This document shows positions 12,814-23,214 of a stretch of 64,000 bases of DNA, piece after piece. The notes under the pieces were generated by a model. That model did no database searches. It was given only the letters and a program-made list of their open reading frames with translations, and was not told the DNA's origin. Origin of the DNA: Eukaryota sp. TZLM1-RC (taxonomy: Eukaryota; Protista; Metamonada: BaSk clade); assembly GCA_040285825.1 (NCBI GenBank), contig JAUPSS010000004.1:6725784-6789783 (forward strand). Reading direction: 5' to 3'. Each line of letters opens with the position of its first letter. Position 1 is the stretch's first letter. Position numbers and translations under genes: made by a program.

Positions 12814-12900
12814 TCTCGAGAAATCATTACACTTCAGGTTGGTCAATGTGGGAACCAAATAGGTTGGCGTTTCTGGGATGCGCTTTTAAAGGAGCATGAT
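12814..12900 (+). pseudogene. Tubulin N-terminal fragment (epsilon-like)
   Basis: Translates [29 protein letters not shown]; no ATG; stop a few codons later. Confidence 0.8.
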
Positions 12901-12984
12901 ATGAAGGTGCTGATCTGAAGGTGCTGGTATAGCTATGAGTCCGATGCAACAACCTGATCTCAATACATTATCACCATTGTCTAT

Positions 12985-13110
12985 TTAGGTTGGTTCCTAG
13001 GAGAAAGGCCAAGAGCGAATGTGGTCAGCGTACTATTGTTAGTTAGGAACGAGACAATTGTAGGTGTAAGGGAGTCAGAAATGTTGTTTCCGCTGACGTT
13101 GTCAAGTATT
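12985..13110 (-). pseudogene. Leucine-rich-repeat gene fragment
   Basis: Minus-strand frame reads ILDNVSGNNISDSLTPTIVSFLTNNSTLTTFAL, resembling one RI-like LRR unit. Confidence 0.35.
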
Positions 13111-13490
13111 TACATCGGAGAAGATAGAGTTCGTGTAAGAAAGAAGTTGTGAATGTTGTCCTGTCAAGAGTCATTGTTAGGTTAAGTGGTTTCTATTTAA
13201 AGATGAAAGAAGTGTCAAGTTGATCAGATTATGAAAAAAAAACTTTATTCGAACTCATTGAAACAACACGTTTTCTTGATTGGATATGCTAATGTTATCA
13301 CCTAAAAAACTCCTCCAACTGTAACCTTTTCACGAAAGAAAATAGTTGCGGCAGCTTAAATATCACGTATTATAGTGTTTAACTATCATTTTTCTCAGGC
13401 TTTGTATTTGTATAGATGTAAGAAGTTGTGAATAAATCAAATTTTTATAGTTGACTGTCTGATCTTTTCTCGACTGACATATTCACCCCA

Positions 13491-15405
13491 ATGGCAAATC
13501 CAGAGTTGCCACGTCGAGGGCGTGTACTCCCCTGGGAGGTTAACCGTCGTGAGCAACCAATAAACGACAGCAAGACGACAGTTCCAGCAAGTGCTGCTCA
13601 GTTCTTCTCTACTGCAGCTCTTGTTTCAATGGAAAGACAGTTTCGCTATATTCGAACTGTCACTGTGCTTACTGCCCGGTTAGCACAGCTGTTCGTCCTG
13701 CAATATCCGGAAATGGCTTTCTGGTTATATCAACAACAGTTTTGGTATCAATGTCAAGACTTTGTAATGGTACCTCACCCGACTGTGAGACGCCCATTCG
13801 AGAATCATATGGAAGTGTACCGCGCACTATATGATGTCTCTTTCCGACCTGGCTGGCCGTTTCCTCCTATTGGCTTTCAGAAGGGAACCGACAACTGGTG
13901 CCACTCTGACATTAGAAGCTTCCGCGCACTGCAAATGGCGAACAGCTTTTGTCAAATACTTACTGATGGCCCTGTCTCCTGGAAGCTGAACTTCTTTCGG
14001 ACAAAGGCTACCTTCTTTGCGTGCCCTTGTCCAAAGAAATATGCTTCATTAGTGGTGAACACGACTGCAGCCACTATTCCTGACTCTTTGCGCGCATGGT
14101 ATGATGAAGGTCACCATGAGTACATAATGGACCTATTTATTCAGCAGGTAGTCGACCCTCATCGTTTTGACGCTATGTTAATGCTGGACAATGTTGATCT
14201 CAGTCCAGACAACATCACCTTCTTATTCACTGCTGGGCTAAATATTTTATCCTTTCTGGAAAATATTGCATCTGACACCATGCGAAGAAATGCCGTGTCC
14301 CCATCCCCCAGTTATTCACCTGGCTTTATCTCTTTTAGTCAACAACTGGAAAAGCATTTTCTCTCTTTTAATGCCAACCGCTGTCTGCTGAAAGATCCGT
14401 TTGCCTTTTTCAGAAAAAAGAAGTATCTGACTTACACAATCAGTTCAGATGCTGTTTCAATCCGCTTCACTTTTTCTTTTGCCCCCAAAAAAAATAAGAA
14501 TCGCCGGACAGCCAGAGAATTGGCAACAACCATAGCCAGTGGTGAACTCGATATACCTGCAAAGAGTCGAAAACGAAACTCTAGACTTCAACAACAGGTT
14601 CGTCCTAGGCAACGTCGAAGAACTGACGACGCCTATGAGCCTCCGCCAGTTGATCCAATTGAATATTCATTTTATGCAATTGATCCTAATTACAAAAATT
14701 TGTGTGGTTATTCAATTGGATCAAGAATTGATAATAACAATGTTGATCATCAACTTTCGAGCCTTGTTCTGAATCCAAACGCAAAGAAGATCATTCACCC
14801 CCCCGGTCCTGACCCATGCATCACCAAATTGCTATTTTGCTAAGAATTTACACAAATATCTTAATGAAATAGCAATGCCTTTGATGTGGGTACCGACACA
14901 GGAAGAAATCAGCAATCCCGACTTCCGTCCGAGAACTATACTAGACCAACTGCTGATAAATGGAGATCGCCGAGCCCTGCGCCGCAACAAGTTTGATTTC
15001 TTTATAAGAAGGCAAGAAAGGATAATGGGATCAATTGAAAAAATTAAACTAATGGCTAATGGAAGAGAAACCATAATTTGGTTTGGTAGTGGAGGTGATG
15101 GGCCATCAAGACAATCTGTGAAAACCCCAAGGAAGCGCTTTTTGAAGGAGATTCAGAAACATTTTACATATGTGAAGCCTAATGGAGATGAATTCTACAC
15201 ATCTGCCAAAACGAATTGCTGTAAGGTATTCAATCAAAAGGTGTATCACGATGATGGGAGGGTGAACAATGATAAGTTTGTATGCCCTCAATGTCAGACA
15301 CTCTGGTCGAGGGACATCTCAGCTTCCAGAAACCAGCTGGAGATTGCCATAAGTGAGCACTACTACAATGAAAGACCTGAGGTGTTCCGGAGACCCCGTA
15401 GATAA
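13491..15405 (+). CDS. Fanzor RNA-guided endonuclease (Fanzor1-like), family A copy A3; ~637 aa, split only by one extra C at 14798-14804
   Basis: RuvC-I YAIDPNYKNLCG, RuvC-II GDEFYTSAKTNCC, Zn CPQC, RuvC-III WSRDISASRN. Removing one C from the C7 run joins the two ORFs and gives HPPVLTHASPNCY, matching HPPPLTQATPNTY in copy A2. Confidence 0.85.
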
Positions 15406-15500
15406 GTGTTTTTCCATGTATTACGTACCTGTACGCGTATTGTGATGTTGCTGCTTTAACTATCATTTGATCGTGATATCATAAAGTGATAGAACTAAAG
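15380..15500 (+). ncRNA. Candidate omegaRNA/right end of Fanzor A3
   Basis: Directly 3' of the stop, where Fanzor omegaRNAs lie; hairpins cgtac-ct-gtacg and cttta.ctatcattt...aagtgatag...taaag (15454-15500). Position-based inference. Confidence 0.4.
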
Positions 15501-15583
15501 TAAGCTTAACGTCTATCAAGATTGCATGAATTGGTCAAAAGCCAGAAGTGCGTTTTGATAGAAATTCACAGTAATAAAACCAG

Positions 15584-17094
15584 TTATTCTCTTTCAGACA
15601 AGCGTTTAATTTTGTTAATAAAACTAGTTAGTCTCTTTTGCCTTCGAATGAAGAAATCAAACATATTTCTTCTCAACTTTTTTCTTGCACCACGCTGCAA
15701 ATTTTCAGACATAATTGAAGCATATTCAGGCTCTTCCTCAGATTCAGGAACATAAGGTAAACTTATTTCAATCAGATACTGTTGGAAGCTCTGAGCGGAA
15801 TAAGTGTTAGGAGTTGCTTGAGTGAGAGGAGGAGGGTGATTTAGTCTTCGTTCTTTTGGATTCAGTAGTAGTCCAGAACATTCAAAAACAGCAGCAGAAT
15901 TTCGGAAAGAACCAGCAATCCAACCACAAAAATTGTTGTGGTTGGGATCATTGGCTACAAAAAACAAATTTTCATCAGGATCTTTTTAATTGGGCTGTTG
16001 TCCCACTGGTAATCGCGGTCTTCTCTGTGGATTTGCTGTTCTATGGACATTGGATTTTCGTTTCCTTTCAGAGTTATGAAAATCATAGTTTCCAGAGGTT
16101 CGCCTGGGCTCAAATTGCCTTTACTTGGCTTATTATAAGTTTTTCTTTCCTTCTGGGTAAACGTAAACCGCAAGGAATCACCATTTGAAAAAATGGTGTA
16201 GTTGATAAATTTGGATTTATTAAAAAACCGATAAGGGTTGTTCAGAAGCTCTTTGTTTTCATTTAGCTTCGTACAATAAGTTTCTGCTTCTTTAGTCAAG
16301 CTGCAGAAGCATGCAGACCAACTGAACAGTGGAGAGAGACTGCCTTTTCATCACACCAGGGCAGTTATCTTCTAAAAAAGATAAAATATTCAAGTCAGAT
16401 TGAAAAAGTGTTGCCGCAGACTCCATATTCAATGGGAAATCGTTCGTTTCTTATTGAATTTTCGAACAAATTTTCACCACCACCAATATATGCGTTGGCT
16501 GTCATATTGAGCCAATGGACCAAGATATGCTGGTGTATTTTCTTGATACCATTGCAAAATTGACTCATCTTGCTGAATTCCTTGAAGTACACAGTCGGCG
16601 TATTTCTTGGGCCAAGGGCAATTTTGAAACTGAGCACAGCTCTTCAAAAAATTGCGTTTCCAAACAACAGGGCCGTCAGCCAGCAACTGACAAAAGGATT
16701 CTCGCAGTTGGATGGCCCGACTGCCAAGACGAGTTGAAAGACACCAAAATTTACCACCGTCGGCTGAGGTGGTTTCATTCAGTGGTTGCCACTGCCAAAA
16801 GTGCTGAACAAGGTGTTGCAGTGCTTGGTAAACCAAAGGATGGTTCTCAAATGGCCTTTTTTGTTTGGGTTCATTTTGGCAAACAAAGTCGAAACAGAGG
16901 CTCCAGAACTGGCTTTGATTAAGCCACATAGAGTGTTCTGGGTATTGGAGCACAAAGAGTCGTGCTAGGTGAGTAGCATGAGCTCCAATACTAGCAAGAA
17001 CTTGGAACTGGCGTTCCATAGCTTCTTGTGCCTCTGAGTCGAAGAACTGGCTGACAGACGCTTCCACAGTTGTAGTTTGTAGAACTTTATCCAT
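15584..17094 (-). pseudogene. Fanzor family A copy A2, frameshifted, truncated before RuvC-II
   Basis: ORF pieces 16474..17190, 16395..16637, 15955..16299 and 15584..15967 (VANDPNHNNFCG RuvC-I; RRNMFDFFIRRQ) are colinear with A3; tail-to-tail with A3. Confidence 0.82.
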
Positions 17095-17415
17095 GGCAGT
17101 CAACACAGAACGGACACAGTCAGAAATGATTGAAAATTTGTTTCCTAAAATTGAACATTTGTTGAAGTCAATCAATCTTATAGTTGTCAATTCAAAGTAA
17201 AGTTAGTTACAAGTGTTTATTAATGATACTCATCGTTCAAGATTATTTTCTGAATATTTTCCTTTCTTCAGACGAGAACTACATGTTACAAAAGTTGGTG
17301 AGTGGAGTTTGGTTGGGTTGTCATCATTCCCCAGATTCGTAATTGAATTTCATTTCACCACTTACAACATTTCATCACTTACTCTACTACGAACCTTCTC
17401 CCTACAAATAACACT

Positions 17416-17770
17416 ATGGGCACGCCTTCTGACACCACACATCTCAACTTATGTCGGCCGTTGGGTCGGAGATTTTCAAAAACAAGTACTACTATAGATT
17501 ACGTCAGACTGGTAAAACCAAAAAAGAGATAGAATTCTTGCTTGCAGCTACTTCCACTCTTTATGTCGGAGATCTTTCTTTTTACACATGCAGATTCATG
17601 CTCTTTTCTCTCGTGCTGGTCGTATCAAACGTATCATTATGGGACTCAACAAGAAATCACTCAAACCATGCGGTTGTACCTTCGTTGAATACTATACCCG
17701 TGCATCGACTGAGATTGCCATGAGGTATATCATCAGAACAATACTAGATGAAAGGGAAATCCTCACCTGC
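17416..17770 (+). pseudogene. NCBP2: Nuclear cap-binding protein subunit 2 (CBP20) pseudogene
   Basis: [12 protein letters not shown] / [49 protein letters not shown] is the CBP20 RRM; frameshifted, TEE segment missing, C-terminus lost. Confidence 0.88.
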
Positions 17771-17835
17771 GTGGTAACCAGTCAAAATAATGAACAAATT
17801 TCAATTTTCTCACTTCTACTTCGATCAGTCACAAT

Positions 17836-18470
17836 CAGTGTTCGGAATTTTGACCTCACGGTGGCACCAACCACCATGTGCCACCACGTGGTCCACAAGG
17901 TGGTGTATTTTTAGCCTATAAAATGATGTTACCTTCTGACATTGTCAAATCATTATGAATAAAACATGTTTATTTTTACAAACTAATACTAAACCCATAA
18001 CTCCACTATCGAAAGAAAAACGCATTTGAGATCATATCATTCCTCCTCAATGTCCTCCGAAACATAAAGATTTCTGAAATAGCAAGGATCGGTAGGACTT
18101 CCTCATCCAGTGAATAATCTGCTGCTTGGTCCTGCTCGTTGACTGCCTCTGCAACTTCTGCCTCTACAATTTCCTCCATCTCTTCCATCATTTTTACTAT
18201 TTCAGCATTCATCCATATGAATAAAAGTCACCTATGGCATGTAGGCGTCCTCTCGAATTTTCCACTTCATCATAAGCATTATTAGGGGAAATGTATTCAA
18301 ATACAGGGTGTTTGCTACCAGGCCATGGTATTTGGAACTAAGAAAGGAGAAAGGAATAATGAAATGAAATTGACCACCAAGGAAACCACCATGGTGGCAC
18401 CAACCACCACGTGGCACCACGTGGTCCACATGGTGGTAAAATTGGACCACGTGGTGGTGTCCGATCACTG
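17836..18470. mobile_element. Non-autonomous hAT-type DNA transposon (635 bp)
   Basis: TIRs CAGTGTTCGGA / TCCGATCACTG (1 mismatch); perfect 8-bp TSD GTCACAAT (17828-17835, 18471-18478); subterminal CCAC/GTGG repeat arrays at both ends. Confidence 0.88.
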
Positions 18471-18551
18471 GTCACAATGATGTCATAACATCATCTCCAT
18501 TCATACTGTAATATGTCACAGACCACATGTTTAAGGTGTGTATATTTTCTT

Positions 18552-18669
18552 TTAATTTTTTTATTAAAAACCTATAAATCAACATCTAAAAAATCCATCT
18601 CTTCCAAAACAAAAACACTAGCTCCAACTTTCTCATAGTCAGATCCAAAAGAAAGCAAAGCATCAGAAT
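18552..18669 (-). mobile_element. 5'-truncated CRE-like 3' end (~120 bp)
   Basis: SDALLSFGSDYEKVGASVFVLEEMDFLDVDL* plus A-rich tail, matching 47690-47816. Confidence 0.85.
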
Positions 18670-18834
18670 TGATGCGGCGAGCAGAAAGAGACATAACAAA
18701 AGGTTGGGCAATGGGATTATATCCACAATAGCATATTGTTTGGGGGAGTTTTGGGGGAAAACTGAAATTGGGAATGTTTGGATAAAAATCAATCACATCT
18801 CAAGATTGGAAAATCTTTATCCAATTCTCCAATT

Positions 18835-19557
18835 ATGGATGCTTTTAGTCAGCTATACCCGCAACTTGTTGCTGATGTTGTTTCTAATGTCTCTAAAGCT
18901 TTTCAAAATGAAGGTGTATCAGAAAGCGTACTTGAAAAACTACGTAGTCAATGGATCGCCAAAATCACAGCACATCATGGACAACAAACACCACAAGATC
19001 AACCACATATACCTGAACCACATGGCTATATCTACCCTGTAGGCCAACTTGGTCCTGTCATTCATCCTGCCATCCCCACCTTCCATCATTTCCCACCTAC
19101 TCAACAGACATACCCAACCACTCCCGCTGGTCCTGTTGATGTGTTATCAATGTTTACCCAAAGTGAACCAACACTACCCAACAATACCATCGAGTCAAAA
19201 GAACCTCCAATAAAGAAAGAGAAAATAGACTCTGATTCGACCAAAACTTCTGCTGCTGATGCTGCCGCCTCCAGGATATTGGCGGATGAGGTTGCATCTG
19301 TACCATTACCAGCTGGTGTGGGGGAAGAGGATATTGCTGCAATGTCTGAAATTTCTGATGTAGATGAAATTGAGGAAGAGCAAATCCAGGACACTGATAA
19401 TGTCTTGCTTTGTTTATGGGAATCTGTAGATCAAAAGTCCAAAAAGGTCGGTCATAAATTCACAATGAGTTTGTTTAATGGTATTGGTACTATCAACCAA
19501 AAAGATGTGTTTTTTTCAAAGGCTCAATGTGAAGGAACAAAGAGGTCGAAAATGTAA
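18835..19557 (+). CDS. TOA1: Transcription factor IIA large subunit (alpha/beta)
   Basis: LYPQLVADVVSNVSKAFQNEGVSESVLEKLRSQWIAKI at the N-terminus; acidic linker; DTDNVLLCLWESV..GIGTINQKDVFFSKAQCE at the C-terminus. Confidence 0.92.
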   Translation: MDAFSQLYPQLVADVVSNVSKAFQNEGVSESVLEKLRSQWIAKITAHHGQQTPQDQPHIPEPHGYIYPVGQLGPVIHPAIPTFHHFPPTQQTYPTTPAGPVDVLSMFTQSEPTLPNNTIESKEPPIKKEKIDSDSTKTSAADAAASRILADEVASVPLPAGVGEEDIAAMSEISDVDEIEEEQIQDTDNVLLCLWESVDQKSKKVGHKFTMSLFNGIGTINQKDVFFSKAQCEGTKRSKM

Positions 19558-19834
19558 ATTTTTAGTTAGTTTTTTGTTGAAAAATTTCTGATATTAGTAT
19601 CAAGAAAATTGTAAAATTAGTTTTGTATAAAGAGCTTCATTTATTGACATTATTAGATAGATTACATCCAATTGCAAGATTTATGTTTTGCGGTAGGAAT
19701 AATTTATGCCGTTGAAAAAAAGGAATAAAATGCACATAATAAAAACATTAATTTAAAAAGTCACGAATTAATTTATCAAAAAACAATTAAATACACAAAC
19801 AAATAAAATAAAATACAAAAAAAGAACAAAAAAC

Positions 19835-21124
19835 TTAAACTTCCTTAAAATCTTGCCGTGAGGCTGATGTTCGAGTGGAATTGAGCAAGCTCAATGAACT
19901 ATTAAGACGCCTTTCGAATTCAGTCCATTCAATATCAGCATTCGATTGTTGAACTTCCTCTCTCTTGAATGTGTCACCCATATTCAACCCCCTAGGAACG
20001 GAAAGTGATCGTGATCTGATTGGAGTAGTTCTTGATCTTAAAGGACTCTGAGGGTCATCTCGGTCAAAAATGACTGGCCTTGATTGAGTCAACGGCGGTC
20101 TTGATTGTTTGATTGAAGGTTTTTTAACTGTTTCCTTGCTTTTAATTCTACTTAAACATTCATTTAAGCGTTCCTTTAGTCCATTCCTTTCATTTTTAAC
20201 TTCCCTCAAATGCTTCTGTAGAGCATCAAGCTTTTTGTTGCAATCATTGTTCTCTAAAAAAAGCAGTCTATTGTGTTCTCGAAGTCTTTCATTTTCTTTT
20301 TGATATTTGAGCGCTTCTGACAAAGAATTTTGAACTCTTTTCAGCTGTACAACGAGTGAATCGTAATCACTTTTGATTGATTGCAGCTGAGTTTCCGATT
20401 TTAACCGAAGTTTCCTTTCCTTTTCCAACTCTCGATTAGGAGTTTCGACTTTGGTTTTCAACCTGCTTAATTCATTAACCAATTCTGTACACCGCTGCTT
20501 ATAGCTTCTCTTTCCCTCCCTTGCTGCTTCTAATTGGTCATTCAAAGTAGTTAATTGGGACTTAAATTCAGAGATAGTGTGCTTGTTTGTTTCATTTAGA
20601 GAAGTGATTTGGTCTTTGAGTAACAAAACCTCCCTATTTAGATATGTATTCTCCCCTTGAGTTTCATTAAAAGAGTCCTTGTTGTAGGCCAAACCTTGCT
20701 TTAAATCACTGACTTCACTAGTAAGAGTGGTGCATTTGCGGTTTAAATGATCAATTTGGCTTCGAAGGTCTGTATTCTCTCTTGACAGTTCTTCACTGGC
20801 AGCAATGTTGGCTTGTAGCTGGTTTTGGTAGTGGGTAGCTTCTTGTTGAGAGGACGAAAGTTGTTCCTGAAGGGACTCAATGGCTTCTCTAGCTCGTTGG
20901 AGAAGTTCATCACGAGAATGAAGTTCAGATTCGGTTTCTTCAAGGCGAATGTACACATCAACTGATTCAGAAGCTTCTTGAATGGAAGTCCCTTGTAGTT
21001 TAGCTAAACGTTCTTCAAGGTGAAAGATTCGAAGTTTAAAGTCAAAATTCTCCTTGCGAAGGCTTTCGAGTTCAGTCTCAAGCTCCTTGAGTGTATGTAT
21101 AGAAGGTGGCGATTGAGTATCCAT
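19835..21124 (-). CDS. Centrosomin motif 1 (CM1) coiled-coil protein, probable gamma-tubulin complex anchor
   Basis: TLKELETELESLRKENFDFKLRIFHLEERL is the CM1 signature, followed by a long coiled coil. Confidence 0.85.
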   Translation of the reverse strand: MDTQSPPSIHTLKELETELESLRKENFDFKLRIFHLEERLAKLQGTSIQEASESVDVYIRLEETESELHSRDELLQRAREAIESLQEQLSSSQQEATHYQNQLQANIAASEELSRENTDLRSQIDHLNRKCTTLTSEVSDLKQGLAYNKDSFNETQGENTYLNREVLLLKDQITSLNETNKHTISEFKSQLTTLNDQLEAAREGKRSYKQRCTELVNELSRLKTKVETPNRELEKERKLRLKSETQLQSIKSDYDSLVVQLKRVQNSLSEALKYQKENERLREHNRLLFLENNDCNKKLDALQKHLREVKNERNGLKERLNECLSRIKSKETVKKPSIKQSRPPLTQSRPVIFDRDDPQSPLRSRTTPIRSRSLSVPRGLNMGDTFKREEVQQSNADIEWTEFERRLNSSLSLLNSTRTSASRQDFKEV

Positions 21125-23214
21125 TTAGTCTTATTGATTCATTAATAAAGTGTAGGAGGTGTAAGGAAGGTCCTTCCTGGATGAGATTCAAATTTCCAAA
21201 GAGACAGGAGTTCCAACAAAGTGAATTTTTTACTGGACTGCATTACTGCTTCCAATAATGTGTCTTCTAAGGGGCCGTTTTGTCTACTATTTTATTTCTT
21301 ACTGTCATCAATATCTCCGTAACCCCTTTAAATGATTCGAAAATTATTGCTTAACATGGAATAACAATCGCTTCGGGTGTTTGTACAGGAAATATTGCTT
21401 TTGCTGATAATTAATTAATAAATAAATAAAATAATTTATTTATTCGGTAGATCAAAAATCATCTGTGCTCTTGCTCTTCCAAAGATTGTTTTCTGGTCTC
21501 GAATGGACTAAGTGTATAGTTACAACTAAAAAAATTGTTGCTTTTGGTTATTTAAAAATTGCCCACAAATTTACGATAATTGATCCTTTTTTAAAAATTA
21601 ATGATTTTGAACTTCATTCGTTGGTAAACAAAGAGAAACGTTTCAGGATGTTAGGTAAACAATATTAAAAGATGCTTGTAATGCCCTTATCATTTCCAAT
21701 TATGTTGTGTCAAAGACTAAAGATATGATAAAACATCTCCGCGATCAAGCATTACTACCCATTTTGAAGGACAAAATAATTGAATTAAGTTTTCCACAAT
21801 TTTACGTTGGTATTTAAAGGTTTATTAATTACCGATCACATTTATTGAAACTGTTATTACACCGCTATTGAGTAGAACGTTCAAATCATGGCTAGTTGTG
21901 ACTAGAACTGCTAATGTGGACTACCTTTTATTGCCCCCATGTAAAAGTAATCTTCATTTCCTGAGTTTACCTTATTGTATAAAAAATTTCAAATTGAGAA
22001 ATAATACAGTTTGCAAAATTCTATTGATCCTGTTTTGAAAAAACGTATTTAGAATCACGAAACAAAGAAGATCTAATTGGAAACGGAAATTTAATCCTAT
22101 AGAAAAGTTGGGCATTTATTCTCTTTTCGTATAAGAAAGAAATCGATTGACAAATACAAAAATCCGTAAAAAATTATTTCCAATTTTAAAAATGAGGAAA
22201 TTCACAAAAGAATCAACACATTCATGGAGTGTAAAGTACAATCTTCATTGAACAATGTTATTTTAAACTCGGAAAATATGAACACGGATCATTGTTGCCT
22301 ATCCGTTTTGATTGTCCCAGAATTATTAAATCTTCCTTGAATGTACTACCTACTGCTGATAACCTTTATCGATGGGAAATTTGTTGGAAAGTGCCTGATG
22401 GATCTACACTACTGTCTCCGATGTGTGCTCATTACGTCAATCTGGACCTGCTACGTTGTGTTACATTTTGTATCATTTGTCCAAGTTGTGAAAGTTGTGA
22501 AATACACAATGACCTAAATGGAGACTTGATTCAATTGTGAACAATTTTGTCAACCTCTTACTTCCTTTCCTAGATTATTATGATGTTTACTGCAATTTAA
22601 TTTATCACACAAATCATTATGTTAGTTTTCCTTTGGTTGTCACAGAATTTAGACCTGGTTTAGTTCTGATCACAGAAAAATACAGATGAATTAAAAAAGA
22701 CGACAGTCTTTCAACTTTAGATTTTTTGGTTGAATCATTTCCTTTTGAAATTTCGTCAAAAGGATTTGCATTTCATTGATGCAAAGATTACTCACTTCAA
22801 ATCGAAAATGAACTCCTTATGTAAAAAAATAACATTTCAGGCTCTCAATTGATCTTATTGCATCTTTGCTGCTAGAGAATCTCGTTTATAATTGTATGAT
22901 GGAGTAGAATAATAGAAAAACACCATGGGTGGTGGTTTAACAGTGTTAAGAGTTCATTATTTCACGTTGATTCTTAATGGGAAACCTTTTCCTTTTTGTT
23001 AATAAAACGTATTTGATAGAATTAAAGAAATAAAATGTATAACAATAAAAACAGAAAAAGTATAATAAAAAATGTTGGGTAAATTTCGGCAGAATATTTT
23101 TGAAGATTTCAGAATACTATTTTTTTATTAAATTTGTTTTTATTTTGAAACGCATACAAAACAACTATACAAACGAAATTGTGGCTTAAAAGCCACAATA
23201 CTTTTTTTGACCTG

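Noticed and set aside
21400-23000. Short Cys-containing ORFs in an AT-rich tract, possible transposase or viral relic
   Set aside because: No diagnostic motif recognised; needs a translated HMM search.
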